This document shows positions 1 to 8,505 of a stretch of 39,014 bases of DNA, in pieces. The stretch comes from Corallococcus sp. AB030. GTDB lineage: Bacteria; Myxococcota; Myxococcia; Myxococcales; Myxococcaceae. Under the pieces are notes generated by a model. The model saw nothing but the letters and a program-made list of their open reading frames with translations, did no database searches and was not told where the DNA came from. A program made the translations under genes and the position numbers. The stretch lies in NCBI RefSeq assembly GCF_003668965.1, contig NZ_RAWQ01000078.1, positions 1-39,014 of the forward strand, given 5' to 3'. Numbering within the stretch: the first letter of the stretch is position 1; each line of letters begins with the position of its first letter.

Positions 1-105
1 CACTCGCACCATCCCCATCCCCTCTTCGCCCCAGCATCGCCATCCAACCACAGGGGTCTGACATGGACTCGACGTCACCCGTCGGGCCAGCACGGCCCCG
101 GACCC

Positions 106-176
106 CATGCGGCGAAAACCTGTCCGACTGTCGGACAAGTTTTGAGGAAACCGGCTCCGGGCGGGCGCCGCTGTCC
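106..176. repeat. Copy A of a ~65-bp repeat unit containing the near-perfect palindrome AAAACCTGTCCGAC-T-GTCGGACAAGTTTT (perfect core TGTCCGACTGTCGGACA at 121..137). Flanked by an A-run and a T-run, like a bidirectional intrinsic terminator or a dimeric operator
   Basis: Direct reading: the 17-bp perfect palindrome is followed by TTTT and preceded by AAAA. The unit recurs at 243..310 with ~88% identity. Confidence 0.6.
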
Positions 177-242
177 GTGTCATCACCTTGGCGTTGGCAC
201 GCCCGACGTCGCTCAATGGCGGGGCTGGCGTGGCCCCGGGCC

Positions 243-310
243 TCATGCAGTGGAAACCTGTCCGACTGTCGGACAAGGTTGGAGGTAACCGGCCCCGGGC
301 GGGCGCCTCT
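243..310. repeat. Copy B of the same ~65-bp palindromic repeat unit (core TGTCCGACTGTCGGACA at 259..275), followed by a GC-rich hairpin GGGCGGGC...GCCCGCCC
   Basis: Direct alignment with copy A. Centre-to-centre spacing is 138 bp. Confidence 0.6.
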
Positions 311-457
311 CTTCGTGGGCCCGCCCCACCGTCCGCGCCTGCATCCCGTCGTTCCCCATTGCCGCACCCCGCCAAGGCGCGCGCCGTCGCGGAGACCACA
401 GGGTCACGGACCCTGTTGGCGAACTCCTGGCGGCCTACCTGAGGTTAGGCTTCAGCC

Positions 458-1309
458 ATGGCGTCCCCCTCCATTCCCGCCCCCGTCGTCCTTTTGGGGG
501 GCGGCAAGATCGCCGAAGCCCTCATCCTGGGACTGTTGCGGTCCGGCCACGTACGTCCTTCGGACCTTCGCGTCACGGTGCGCCGGCCCGAGCGCGGAGA
601 GGAATTGCGCTCCCGGCACGGCGTGCACGTCCTCGTGGACAACGCGCAGGCGGTGCGGGGCGCGGCCGTAGTCGTGCTGGCGGTGCGACAGGCGCAGCTG
701 CGGGACCTGATGGCGGTCATCTCGCCTGCCTTGGAACCTGGGCAGACCGTGGTGTCGCTCTCCGCGGACGTACGACTCGCGCAGTTGGAAGCGGCGTTGC
801 CCTCCAGCGTCTCTGTCATCCGCGCCCTGCCCCATACGCCCGTGCGCGTGGGAGCAGGCGTGACGCCCCTGTCGGCCGGAACTCGGACGACGGAGGCCGC
901 GAGACAGGCCACCGAGTCCGTCTTCGCGGCGACGGGACGGCCCATGTGGATGACCGAGGAAGCGCTCACGGTCTGCACGGGCGTGTGCGGCACGGGCCCC
1001 GCGTATGTCTTCCGCTTCGTGGAGGCCCTGGCCCTGGCCGCGATGGCGCACGGAATGGACGCGGCGGAGGCGGCGGCACTCGCGAAGGAAACGCTCATTG
1101 GCGCGGCGAAGCTGTTGGCCGAACCCGGCGCCACCACCCCTCGCCTCATCACGGAGATAGCGACCCCGGGAGGCATCACCGAGGCGGGCCTGATGGCGAT
1201 GGACTCCCACGGCCTCCCTCGCGTCGTGGGCGAAGCGGTCTCCGTCGCCATCCAGCGCACCCGGGAGCGCGCGGACGCGAACGCCGCGGCCTACAGCGCG
1301 CCGAAGTGA
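458..1309 (+). CDS. proC: Pyrroline-5-carboxylate reductase
   Basis: N-terminal Rossmann motif VVLLGGGKIAEALILGL and a conserved P5CR C-terminal domain (CTGVCGTGPAY, ITEIATPGGITEAG). The 283-aa length matches the family. Confidence 0.9.
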   Translation: MASPSIPAPVVLLGGGKIAEALILGLLRSGHVRPSDLRVTVRRPERGEELRSRHGVHVLVDNAQAVRGAAVVVLAVRQAQLRDLMAVISPALEPGQTVVSLSADVRLAQLEAALPSSVSVIRALPHTPVRVGAGVTPLSAGTRTTEAARQATESVFAATGRPMWMTEEALTVCTGVCGTGPAYVFRFVEALALAAMAHGMDAAEAAALAKETLIGAAKLLAEPGATTPRLITEIATPGGITEAGLMAMDSHGLPRVVGEAVSVAIQRTRERADANAAAYSAPK

Positions 1310-1974
1310 CGCTTGATCCCCCGCTGGCCTCCAGGCGTGACGATGAGGCCGCGAGAGTCGGGCTGACGTTCCACCCATCCCAATGAGAACACCCGGGCGG
1401 CGAGCGCCGCGCCCAGCGCCCCTGCAAGGTGGTCGCGCCGCTCGCTCCAGTCCAGGCAGCGGTGGGCGAAGTGGCGCCGCTGCTCGCGCACGGGCGCCAG
1501 GTCGATTCCGAAGTCCTGGAACCACGCCTCGCCGCTCGGGGTGAGCGCGAACGCGCGTTTACGAAGGGCGAGATGCCCGGCCCGCAGGAGCGCGTCGGTG
1601 ATGCCCATGCCCAATCTGCCCGCAAGATGGTCGTAGCAGTAGCGCGCGGCACGCAGGGGTTCCGGAGTCACTGACGCACGGGGTCCACGGACCGCCACGG
1701 TCATCAGCGCTTCCACCATCCGCGCCACGGTGGGCGTGGCGATCCGGAACACCTTGTTGCGCCCCTGCCGGGTGGCGCGGACCAGCCGGGCCTGCTCCAG
1801 CCGCTGAAGGTGCGCGGTCGCCGTCGCGGGGCTGACGCCCGTGCCGAACGCGAGTTCCTTCGCGATGAGCGCCCGTCCCTCCATGAGCAGCTCCAGCATC
1901 CGGATCCGCGTGGCGTCCCCCACGGCCGTCGCCAGCGTCGTGAGGTCCGGCCCTGCATTCATCGTTCGTTCCAT
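1291..1974 (-). CDS. ArsR/SmtB-family winged-helix transcriptional regulator with a ~130-aa C-terminal domain of unknown function
   Basis: HTH region RIRMLELLMEGRALIAKELAFGTGVSPATATAHLQRLEQARLV. Start set at the ATG (MERTMNAG) inside the longer track ORF. Divergent from the P450 gene, and its 3' end overlaps the proC 3' end by 19 nt. Confidence 0.75.
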   Translation of the reverse strand: MERTMNAGPDLTTLATAVGDATRIRMLELLMEGRALIAKELAFGTGVSPATATAHLQRLEQARLVRATRQGRNKVFRIATPTVARMVEALMTVAVRGPRASVTPEPLRAARYCYDHLAGRLGMGITDALLRAGHLALRKRAFALTPSGEAWFQDFGIDLAPVREQRRHFAHRCLDWSERRDHLAGALGAALAARVFSLGWVERQPDSRGLIVTPGGQRGIKRHFGAL

Positions 1975-2037
1975 GACGAACCATTTTCTAACACACGGAC
2001 ACGGCAACGGCAGCAGAGTGCCCGGCCACGAGGACCG

Positions 2038-3159
2038 ATGACACCACCCACCGACCCGTATCAGGCCGTCACCCACACCGACCCGTACCCCTACTACGCG
2101 GGGCTTCGCGCCCGGGGAGGACTGCACCGCGTCCCCGGCTTCGGGCCATGGATCGCGGCGGATGCGGCCACCGTCCGCGCGGTGCTCACGAGCGAGCACT
2201 GTCGGGTCCGGCCACTGTCGGAGCCGGTGCCTCCGCATCTGGTGGGCACCGCCGCCGGGGCCCTCTTTGGCCGGCTGGTGCGGATGAACGACGGAGGCTC
2301 CTACCCCGCCGTGAAGCAGACGCTTTCACGCGCATTGCCGGAGGCGCTGTGTGAGGTCGAAGCGGAGAGCCGCCGCTGGGCGGCACGGCTGTTCGCGACG
2401 CCATCACTGTCTCGGCTGCCGGACACCGCCCTCCAGCTTCCCGTGTTCGTGCTGGGGTCGCTGCTGGGCTTCCCGGAAGACACGCTGGAGGCGAGCGTGC
2501 AGGACGTGGATGCCTATGTCCGCTCGGCCGCCGGTCCTCCTGCGGGCAGTGAGGGTGCGGCGAGGCTGAACGAACGCGTGGCGGCCTGCTTCCAGTCCAC
2601 GGCGAGGACCGCGTTCACGACGCGGCTTCTGGAAGGCCATGGCTCGGAGGACCTGCGCATCCCGAACGCCGTGGGCCTGCTCACCCAGGCATATGAAGCG
2701 ACGGCCGGGCTCCTGGGCGCGACGCTGCGGGCCTTCGCTCACGTGCCCGAGTTGCGCGAGCAGCTCTCACATGGCGCGTGCACGATGGACGACGTGGTCC
2801 AGGAAGCGGCTCGACACGATTCGCCGGTCCAGAACACGCGACGCTTCACCCATGCCGCCGCGACCATCGCGGGTCAGGCGCTGGAAGCCGGCGCGACCGT
2901 GGTCGTCGTGCTCGCCGCCGCGAATCGGGATCCACTCGAGAATCCCCGGCCCGACGCCTTCCTGCCAAAGCGCGCGCGGCGCCAGAGCTTCACCTTCGGC
3001 CTGGGCTCGCATGCCTGCCCCGGGCCCCTGCTCGCGACGACGATGGCAAAGGCGGCGGCGGAGCGTGTGCTCGCGAGCGGCCTGGACCTGTCACCGTTGT
3101 CGGGCCCCGTCACCTGGCGTGCTTCCACCAATGCCCGCGTCCTGGGAGGACTGGAATGA
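2038..3159 (+). CDS. Cytochrome P450 monooxygenase
   Basis: Heme-binding loop FTFGLGSHACPGPLLA (FxxGxHxCxG) and ExxR motif EAARHDS. Start chosen at the MTPPTDPY ATG inside the longer track ORF; 374 aa is short for a P450, so the true start may be an upstream GTG. Confidence 0.8.
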   Translation: MTPPTDPYQAVTHTDPYPYYAGLRARGGLHRVPGFGPWIAADAATVRAVLTSEHCRVRPLSEPVPPHLVGTAAGALFGRLVRMNDGGSYPAVKQTLSRALPEALCEVEAESRRWAARLFATPSLSRLPDTALQLPVFVLGSLLGFPEDTLEASVQDVDAYVRSAAGPPAGSEGAARLNERVAACFQSTARTAFTTRLLEGHGSEDLRIPNAVGLLTQAYEATAGLLGATLRAFAHVPELREQLSHGACTMDDVVQEAARHDSPVQNTRRFTHAAATIAGQALEAGATVVVVLAAANRDPLENPRPDAFLPKRARRQSFTFGLGSHACPGPLLATTMAKAAAERVLASGLDLSPLSGPVTWRASTNARVLGGLE

Positions 3160-3500
3160 TTGCTGTCATCTTCGAGGTCTGGACACACGAGTCGCATCGG
3201 CAGCGATACCTGGACCTCGCGGCGGAGCTGCGGCCCCTGCTGGCGGACATCGACGGCTTCATCTCCATCGAGCGGTTCCAGAGCCTCAGCACCCCGGGGA
3301 AGATGCTTTCCCTGTCGTACTGGCGCGACGAGGCGGCGGTGGCGGAGTGGCGGCGACAGGAGGCCCACCGTGAGGCCCAGCGCGAAGGCCGAGGAGGCGT
3401 GTTCAGCGACTACCGCCTGCGGGTGGCGCACGTCGTGAGGGATTACGGCTTGAAGGACCGGGCGGCCGTGCCCGCCGACAGTCGCACCGTGCACGACTGA
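3156..3500 (+). CDS. Antibiotic-biosynthesis-monooxygenase (ABM/ActVA-Orf6-like) family protein, translationally coupled to the P450
   Basis: 114 aa with MIAVIFEVWT...LSYWRDEAAVAEWRRQEAHREAQ, a typical ABM ferredoxin-like fold signature. Its ATG overlaps the P450 stop (ATGA). Confidence 0.75.
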   Translation: MIAVIFEVWTHESHRQRYLDLAAELRPLLADIDGFISIERFQSLSTPGKMLSLSYWRDEAAVAEWRRQEAHREAQREGRGGVFSDYRLRVAHVVRDYGLKDRAAVPADSRTVHD

Positions 3501-3583
3501 CGCGGCCGGCGCACGGCGGCTGTCTTCCCGCCCGTCCCTCCCATGCGGGCCATGACTCCCCCACCTTCTTTGGGGGGTGAACG

Positions 3584-3982
3584 ATGAAGCGAGGCCATTG
3601 GAGAGGTGCCTGGGGGCTGGCTGCCGCGCTGCTCGGGCTTCCGGCGGTGGGGCAGATGGAAGGCCCACCCGAGGGTGCGTCGCAATACTCCTGCTTCGAA
3701 GCGGCGCGCCAGGGCAGCTCGGTGAGCGAGAGCATCGCGGCGCAGCTCTGCCAGGGTGCCCGTTCCGACACCCCGGCACGGTGCTTCCTCCGGGTGCAGG
3801 AGAAAGGCTTCCTCGCCGACCCGCAGGCGCTCCAGCTCTGCCAGTACGCCCAGCCCTCGGATGATCCCGCGGCCTGCTTCTTCAAGGCGCGGACCTCCTC
3901 GTTCCTGGACGAGACACAGCTCCTGGAGCTCTGCCGCCCGCCCATCGCGCAGATGCTGAAGATGTGCCCCTACGGTCCGTGA
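3584..3982 (+). CDS. Small secreted cysteine-rich protein with three internal CF...LC repeats
   Basis: Signal peptide MKRGHWRGAWGLAAALLGLPAVG. Repeated motif C-F-x(n)-L-C (CFEAARQ..AQLCQ, CFLRVQ..LQLCQ, CFFKAR..LELCR). RBS-like GGGGGTGAA precedes the ATG. Confidence 0.6.
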   Translation: MKRGHWRGAWGLAAALLGLPAVGQMEGPPEGASQYSCFEAARQGSSVSESIAAQLCQGARSDTPARCFLRVQEKGFLADPQALQLCQYAQPSDDPAACFFKARTSSFLDETQLLELCRPPIAQMLKMCPYGP

Positions 3983-4000
3983 GGCTTCAGGCCGTGGGGC

Positions 4001-6685
4001 TCACCGGGCGCGGAGGAACGCCTTGACGCTCGGGGACTGGAGCTTCTGGGACTCGATGCACAGCCGGATGGACTCCAGGGCCCGGGTGAGCGCGCGCGGT
4101 CCGCCTTCAATCTTGTCCACGCGGGGCGTCAGGAACGTCTCCACCTGCGCCAGGTGGATGTCATCGCAGAGGCTCCCCGTCTGGCCAATCAGCCGACCCA
4201 GCTCATCCGAACGCAGCCGCTGGGTCAGCGCATCGAAGTGCGTCTGATAGAAGTTCCACGCCAGCGACTGCGACTCCGGCAACATCAACGCCATCCGGAG
4301 GATGCTCTGCGAGTCCCGCACATCGAAGTCCGGCGACACCACGAGCCCCAGCGCCCGCCACAACAGCTCCGGGTTCCGGAAGTAGCCCAGCGACATCAGC
4401 AGCCGGGAACGCTCGGTGCGGTCCTGTTCCTTCCTCGCCGCTTCCAGCAGCGCGTCGAACAGCGCCGCATCGCCGTGCGTCGCTGCTCGGGGCAGCGCGG
4501 CACTGAACGCCTCCGGGTCCACCGACTTCCGGTCCGCCAGCCATGCGCGCACCAGGGGCAGCGCCTCCTTCACCAGCCGAGGGTCATCGCCCAGACCACC
4601 GGCCAGCCGGAGGAACAGGGAGCGTGAATCCTTCACGGAGTCGTCCTCGCCCGGCTTCGGCACCCAGCCCATGGCCCGCGCACGCGCCGAGTAGAGCGAG
4701 GCCACCCACGCGCGGAAGCGCTGGCGCTCCTCGGGCGTGAGCTGCTCCAGACGCACGAGTTCCAGCAGCGAGGCACCGCTCTGCACCACGAGCCGGTTCG
4801 TCGATTTCGCGGAAGCAGGCACCGACTTCAGCGCCTCCCCCAGCGGCAGGTCGCCCCGGCTCACCGCCGCATCCACATCCGCCCAGAGCGCCATCTGCTC
4901 CGCGGGAGTGAAGGCGGCGGCCGGAGTCGCGAGCAGCTTCGTCAACTGCTCGCGGGTGTAACCGCTGCGGTAGTAACCCGTGCCGCCCGCGTTGAGCAGC
5001 ACCCACGCCGGGCACTGCTTCGTGGGCAACGCGACCTCCGCGGACGGCCCCTGCAACATCGAGCACACCCGCGACGACTGCGTGCCCGTGCCCACGCGAA
5101 GACACACGGGCACCTGCCATTCCTGCCGCGAGTCCGCCTTGGAGCCCACGGGCAGGTACCGCTCCTGCGACAGCTTCACGGACGGAGCACCGCCCGCCGG
5201 GCACGACAGCTGCGCGGTGATCCGAGGCGCCCCGCTCCGCTCGATGAACCCGCCGAAGGATTGCGCCACCTCCGGCCCCGCCGCCTGGGACAGGTCCGCG
5301 AGGAAGTCCTCCATCGTCGCGACCTTCCACTCGTGCTTGCGGACATAGCCCCGGAGGAAGTCGCGGAAGCGCTCGGGGCCCATCCAGGCCTCGTACATGG
5401 CGATGACGGACGAGCCCTTGTCATACGTCGTCCCGTTGTCGAACGAGCCCACGATGTCGTCATTGCTCTCCACCGGCTTGCGAACGGGCAGCGCCGACGC
5501 CAGCTCATCCGACGCCAGGGCGGAGCGGGTCGCGGACATGGCGCGCTCCTGCTGGTAGTCCCAGGACGGCTCCAGCCGGTCCACGGTCTGCCGGTCCAAC
5601 CACGCGGTGAAGGACTCGTTCAGCCAGATGTCGTTCCACCAGGAGCAGGTGACGACGTCCCCGAACCAGTAGTGGCCCAGCTCATGGTTGGCGATGACCG
5701 CGTACGACTTGCGGCGGGCCAGCGTCTCCTCACCGGGAGGAATGAGCGTGAGCGGCTGCCCGAGTGCGACGATGCCCGGGTGCTCCATGGTGCCCCAGTA
5801 CCGGGGCACGACCGCCACATCGAGCTTCTCGTACGGATAGGGCTGGTCGAAGAAGTCCTCCAGTCCCTTCACGATGCGAGGCGTGATGCTCGCGGCGTAG
5901 CGCGTCTCCGCGCCCCGGCCCTTGGGGACGATGAAGCGCAGCGGCACGTTCGTGCGTCCCACGGTGCCGGCCTCGACGATGTCGAACGGCCCCACCATGA
6001 AGGCCACGAGGTAGCTGGGCATCGGCTTGCTCTCCGCGAAGGTGACGCGCTCCAGTCCGTCCGCCAGCGGCTCGCGCGACACGACGGGATGGTTGGCCAG
6101 CGCCACGTGTCCGGCCTTCACGGTGAAGCGCAGACGCCACGGCACCTTGAAGGTCGGCTCGTCGAAGCACGGGAAGGCGCGGCGCGCGTCGATGGGTTCG
6201 AAGAACGTGTAGAGGTAGGGCTCACCGCCCTCCTCCACCCCGTAGATGCCCTGGCTGCGCTCGCGGTCCACCTTGCCGGTGAAGTCGAGCAGGAGCTGGG
6301 CCTTGCCCACCGGCAGCTCCTCCGGCAGCAGCAATCCCAGACGTCCTTCGGGCGCGGTGACAGGCTTCGCATCGAACGTGCGGCCCGCCACGGTGACACG
6401 AGCACGCGTCACTTCCACGTCCTGCGCATGCAGCCACACCTGGCGCACGGGCTCGCGGACCTCCACGTCGATGGTGACGCTGCCCGGGTACCTGTCCTCC
6501 TAGGGCACGAGCTTCAGATCCAGCGCGTAGTGCACGGGCCGAACGGTGTCCGGCAGCCGCAGCGCGGGGGGCAGGGCCTCCGGCCACGAAACGGAGGGCG
6601 GCGCGGATGCAGTCGGCGCGGCCTCCGGCGCGTGGGCGCAGCGGACGGTCAACACCACCAGGGCGAGGAGTGGGAGCAGTCGCAT
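4001..6685 (-). pseudogene. pepN: Aminopeptidase N (M1 family zinc metallopeptidase) interrupted by a single in-frame TAG at 6500..6502. The N-terminal 61 codons (6503..6685) carry the signal peptide, and the open body runs 4001..6466
   Basis: The body carries the gluzincin motif HELGHYWFGD...WLNESFTAW and the upstream GAMEN-like region. The short upstream ORF in the same frame encodes MRLLPLLALVVLTVRCAHA plus the conserved M1 N-terminal motif VRPVHYALDLKLVP. The single stop sits between LKLVP and EDRYPGSVTIDVEV, the conserved P..F.G.V.I motif. Confidence 0.7.
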
Positions 6686-6846
6686 GGGGCGCAGCGTAGA
6701 CCATGCGCGGGTCGCGCACCGCGCCTACGTCTCGGCTCGCACCCACAGCATTCTTGAAATGTCTCCAATCCGTGAAGCAGTGATTTCAACCCCGCGAGCC
6801 GCTACGGTCCTGATCCCCCCGCATCACCCCCTAGCCGAGGATAAAC

Positions 6847-7161
6847 ATGTTTCGTCGCAGCAGCGTTCTTCCCTCCCTCTTCGTGTCCCTGCTTTTCGTC
6901 GTGGGCTTCGCGTCGTCGGCCAGCGCTGACACCTACCAGACCTATGTGACGCCCACGGCCAATGGCTATCAGATTGGCACGTACCTCCCCAACCAGCCCA
7001 CCGGGAACTTCAGCAGCGCCGCCGACACCGCCCGCCGCTTCTGTCAGGACCAGGGCCACAGCGGCGCGCAAAGCTTCACCACCGCCATCCGTGGCTCCGC
7101 CTTCTCGTTCATCGTGGGTACGAATGGCGTGGGCAACTGGCTGAGCTATCCCCTCATTTGA
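6847..7161 (+). CDS. Secreted repeat-module protein, 5' portion: signal peptide plus module 1 (NGYQIGTYLPNQPTGNFSSAADTARRFCQDQGH...GTNGVGNW). Truncated by the insertion at 7141
   Basis: Signal peptide MFRRSSVLPSLFVSLLFVVGFASSASA. SD GAGGA lies 6 nt before the ATG. The terminal codons LSYPLI* come from the inserted element. Confidence 0.65.
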   Translation: MFRRSSVLPSLFVSLLFVVGFASSASADTYQTYVTPTANGYQIGTYLPNQPTGNFSSAADTARRFCQDQGHSGAQSFTTAIRGSAFSFIVGTNGVGNWLSYPLI

Positions 7162-7247
7162 AGATTCCCCTCGGAGAATGCATGAGCAGCCGAGCGAGCA
7201 AGCTCAGAGGGGAAATCGAAAATGAGGGGATGCTTCAGGGCAACTGG
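7132..7247. mobile_element. MITE-like 98-bp insertion (7141..7238) with ~19-bp imperfect terminal inverted repeats (CTGAGCTATCCCCTCATTT / AAATGAGGGGATGCTTCAG), flanked by 9-bp direct repeats GGCAACTGG (7132..7140 and 7239..7247)
   Basis: Direct reading. The element has lower GC than its flanks. Deleting 7141..7247 (107 nt) joins 6847..7140 in frame to 7248..7577, giving one signal-peptide plus two-module ORF. Confidence 0.6.
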
Positions 7248-7577
7248 GGCACCACCGGCAATTCCAACGTGACCATGCTGGAGACCGTCACCTGCTTCAC
7301 TTCCAACTCGGGCGTCACCTACACGACTCCCGCAGTCAATGGCTATCAGATTGGCACGTACCTCCCCAACCAGCCCACCGGGAACTTCAGCAGCGCCGCC
7401 GATACCGCCCGCCGCTTCTGCCAGGACCAGGGCCACACCGGCGCGAGCAGCTTCACCACCGCCATCCGTGGCTCCGCCTACTCATTCGTCGTGGGCACGA
7501 ACGGCGTGGGCAACTGGGGCACCACCGGCAATTCCAATGTGACCATGCTCGAAACGGTCACCTGCATCACGCAGTAA
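7182..7577 (+). CDS. Secreted repeat-module protein, 3' portion (remaining tail of module 1 plus complete module 2). Lacks a signal peptide as annotated and is probably the distal part of one gene split by the insertion
   Basis: Module 2 (7327..7517) is ~93% identical in DNA to module 1 (6950..7140). The ATG at 7182 is preceded by GGAGA, but the N-terminus lies inside the inserted element. Confidence 0.55.
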   Translation: MSSRASKLRGEIENEGMLQGNWGTTGNSNVTMLETVTCFTSNSGVTYTTPAVNGYQIGTYLPNQPTGNFSSAADTARRFCQDQGHTGASSFTTAIRGSAYSFVVGTNGVGNWGTTGNSNVTMLETVTCITQ

Positions 7578-7589
7578 CCGACAGTCCGG

Positions 7590-7617
7590 GGACCGGGGCT
7601 CCTCGCGGCCCCGGTCC
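7590..7617 (+). terminator. GC-rich hairpin GGACCGGGGC-N8-GCCCCGGTCC downstream of the repeat-module gene
   Basis: 10-bp perfect stem, 13 nt after the stop at 7577. Confidence 0.5.
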
Positions 7618-7669
7618 ACCGGGTGTCTTCCAGATGCACGCGGCGGTGGAGTGGGTCAGGATGCGGCCC

Positions 7670-8491
7670 ATGTCCAACCTCCAAGGCAAGACCCTCTTCA
7701 TCACCGGCGCCAGCCGCGGCATCGGCAAGGCCATCGCGCTGCGCGCGGCCCGCGACGGCGCCAACATCGTCATCGCCGCGAAAACCACGGACCCGCACCC
7801 CAAGCTGCCCGGCACCATCTACACGGCGGCGAAGGAGATTGAAGAGGCCGGCGGCAAGGCCCTCCCCTGCGTGGTGGACATCCGCGACGAGGCGCAGATC
7901 CACGCCGCCGTCGCCAAGGCCGTGGAGACCTTCGGCGGCATCGACATCCTGGTGAACAACGCCAGCGCCATCAGCCTCACCGGCACGCTGGAGACGCCGC
8001 TCAAGCGCTTCGACCTGATGCACGGCATCAACACGCGCGGCACCTTCGCGTGCTCGCAGGCGTGCATCCCGTACCTCAAGAAGTCCTCCAACCCGCACAT
8101 CCTCAACAACTCGCCGCCGCTCAACATGGAGCCGCGCTGGTTCGGCCCCCACGTGGCCTACACCATCGCGAAGTACGGCATGAGCCTGTGCGCGCTGGGC
8201 ATGGCGGAGGAGCTCAAGGACGACGGCATCGCCGTCAACACGCTGTGGCCCCGCACCGTCATCGCCACCGCCGCCGTGCAGAACCTGCTGGGCGGCGACG
8301 ACACCATCAAGGGCAGCCGCACGCCGGAGATCATGGCCGACGCCGCGTACACCATCCTCACCAAGCCCAGCCGCTCCTTCACCGGCAACTTCTGCATCGA
8401 CGATGAAGTGCTGCGCGCCGCCGGCGTCACCAACCTGGACAAGTACCAGTCCGTCCCCGGCGCGGAGCTGCTGCCCGACTTCTTCCTCTAG
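7670..8491 (+). CDS. SDR-family NAD(P)-dependent oxidoreductase (HSDL2-like short-chain dehydrogenase)
   Basis: TGASRGIGKAIA glycine-rich cofactor motif, NNAS, catalytic YxxxK (YTIAKYG). Start taken at MSNLQGKTLFITG; a TTG further upstream at 7634 is possible. Confidence 0.8.
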   Translation: MSNLQGKTLFITGASRGIGKAIALRAARDGANIVIAAKTTDPHPKLPGTIYTAAKEIEEAGGKALPCVVDIRDEAQIHAAVAKAVETFGGIDILVNNASAISLTGTLETPLKRFDLMHGINTRGTFACSQACIPYLKKSSNPHILNNSPPLNMEPRWFGPHVAYTIAKYGMSLCALGMAEELKDDGIAVNTLWPRTVIATAAVQNLLGGDDTIKGSRTPEIMADAAYTILTKPSRSFTGNFCIDDEVLRAAGVTNLDKYQSVPGAELLPDFFL

Positions 8492-8505
8492 CGCGTCTTG
8501 GCCCC

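Noticed and set aside
63-1525. ORFs 63..671 (+), 188..442 (+), 445..1260 (-), 452..1525 (-)
   Set aside because: They overlap the palindromic repeat region or lie antisense or alternate-frame to proC. The translations are Arg/Pro/Ala-rich with no domain signatures.
5261-6757. 498-aa + strand ORF and other long ORFs opposite the aminopeptidase N gene
   Set aside because: Antisense to a gene with unmistakable HExxH...E gluzincin motifs; GC-frame artefacts.
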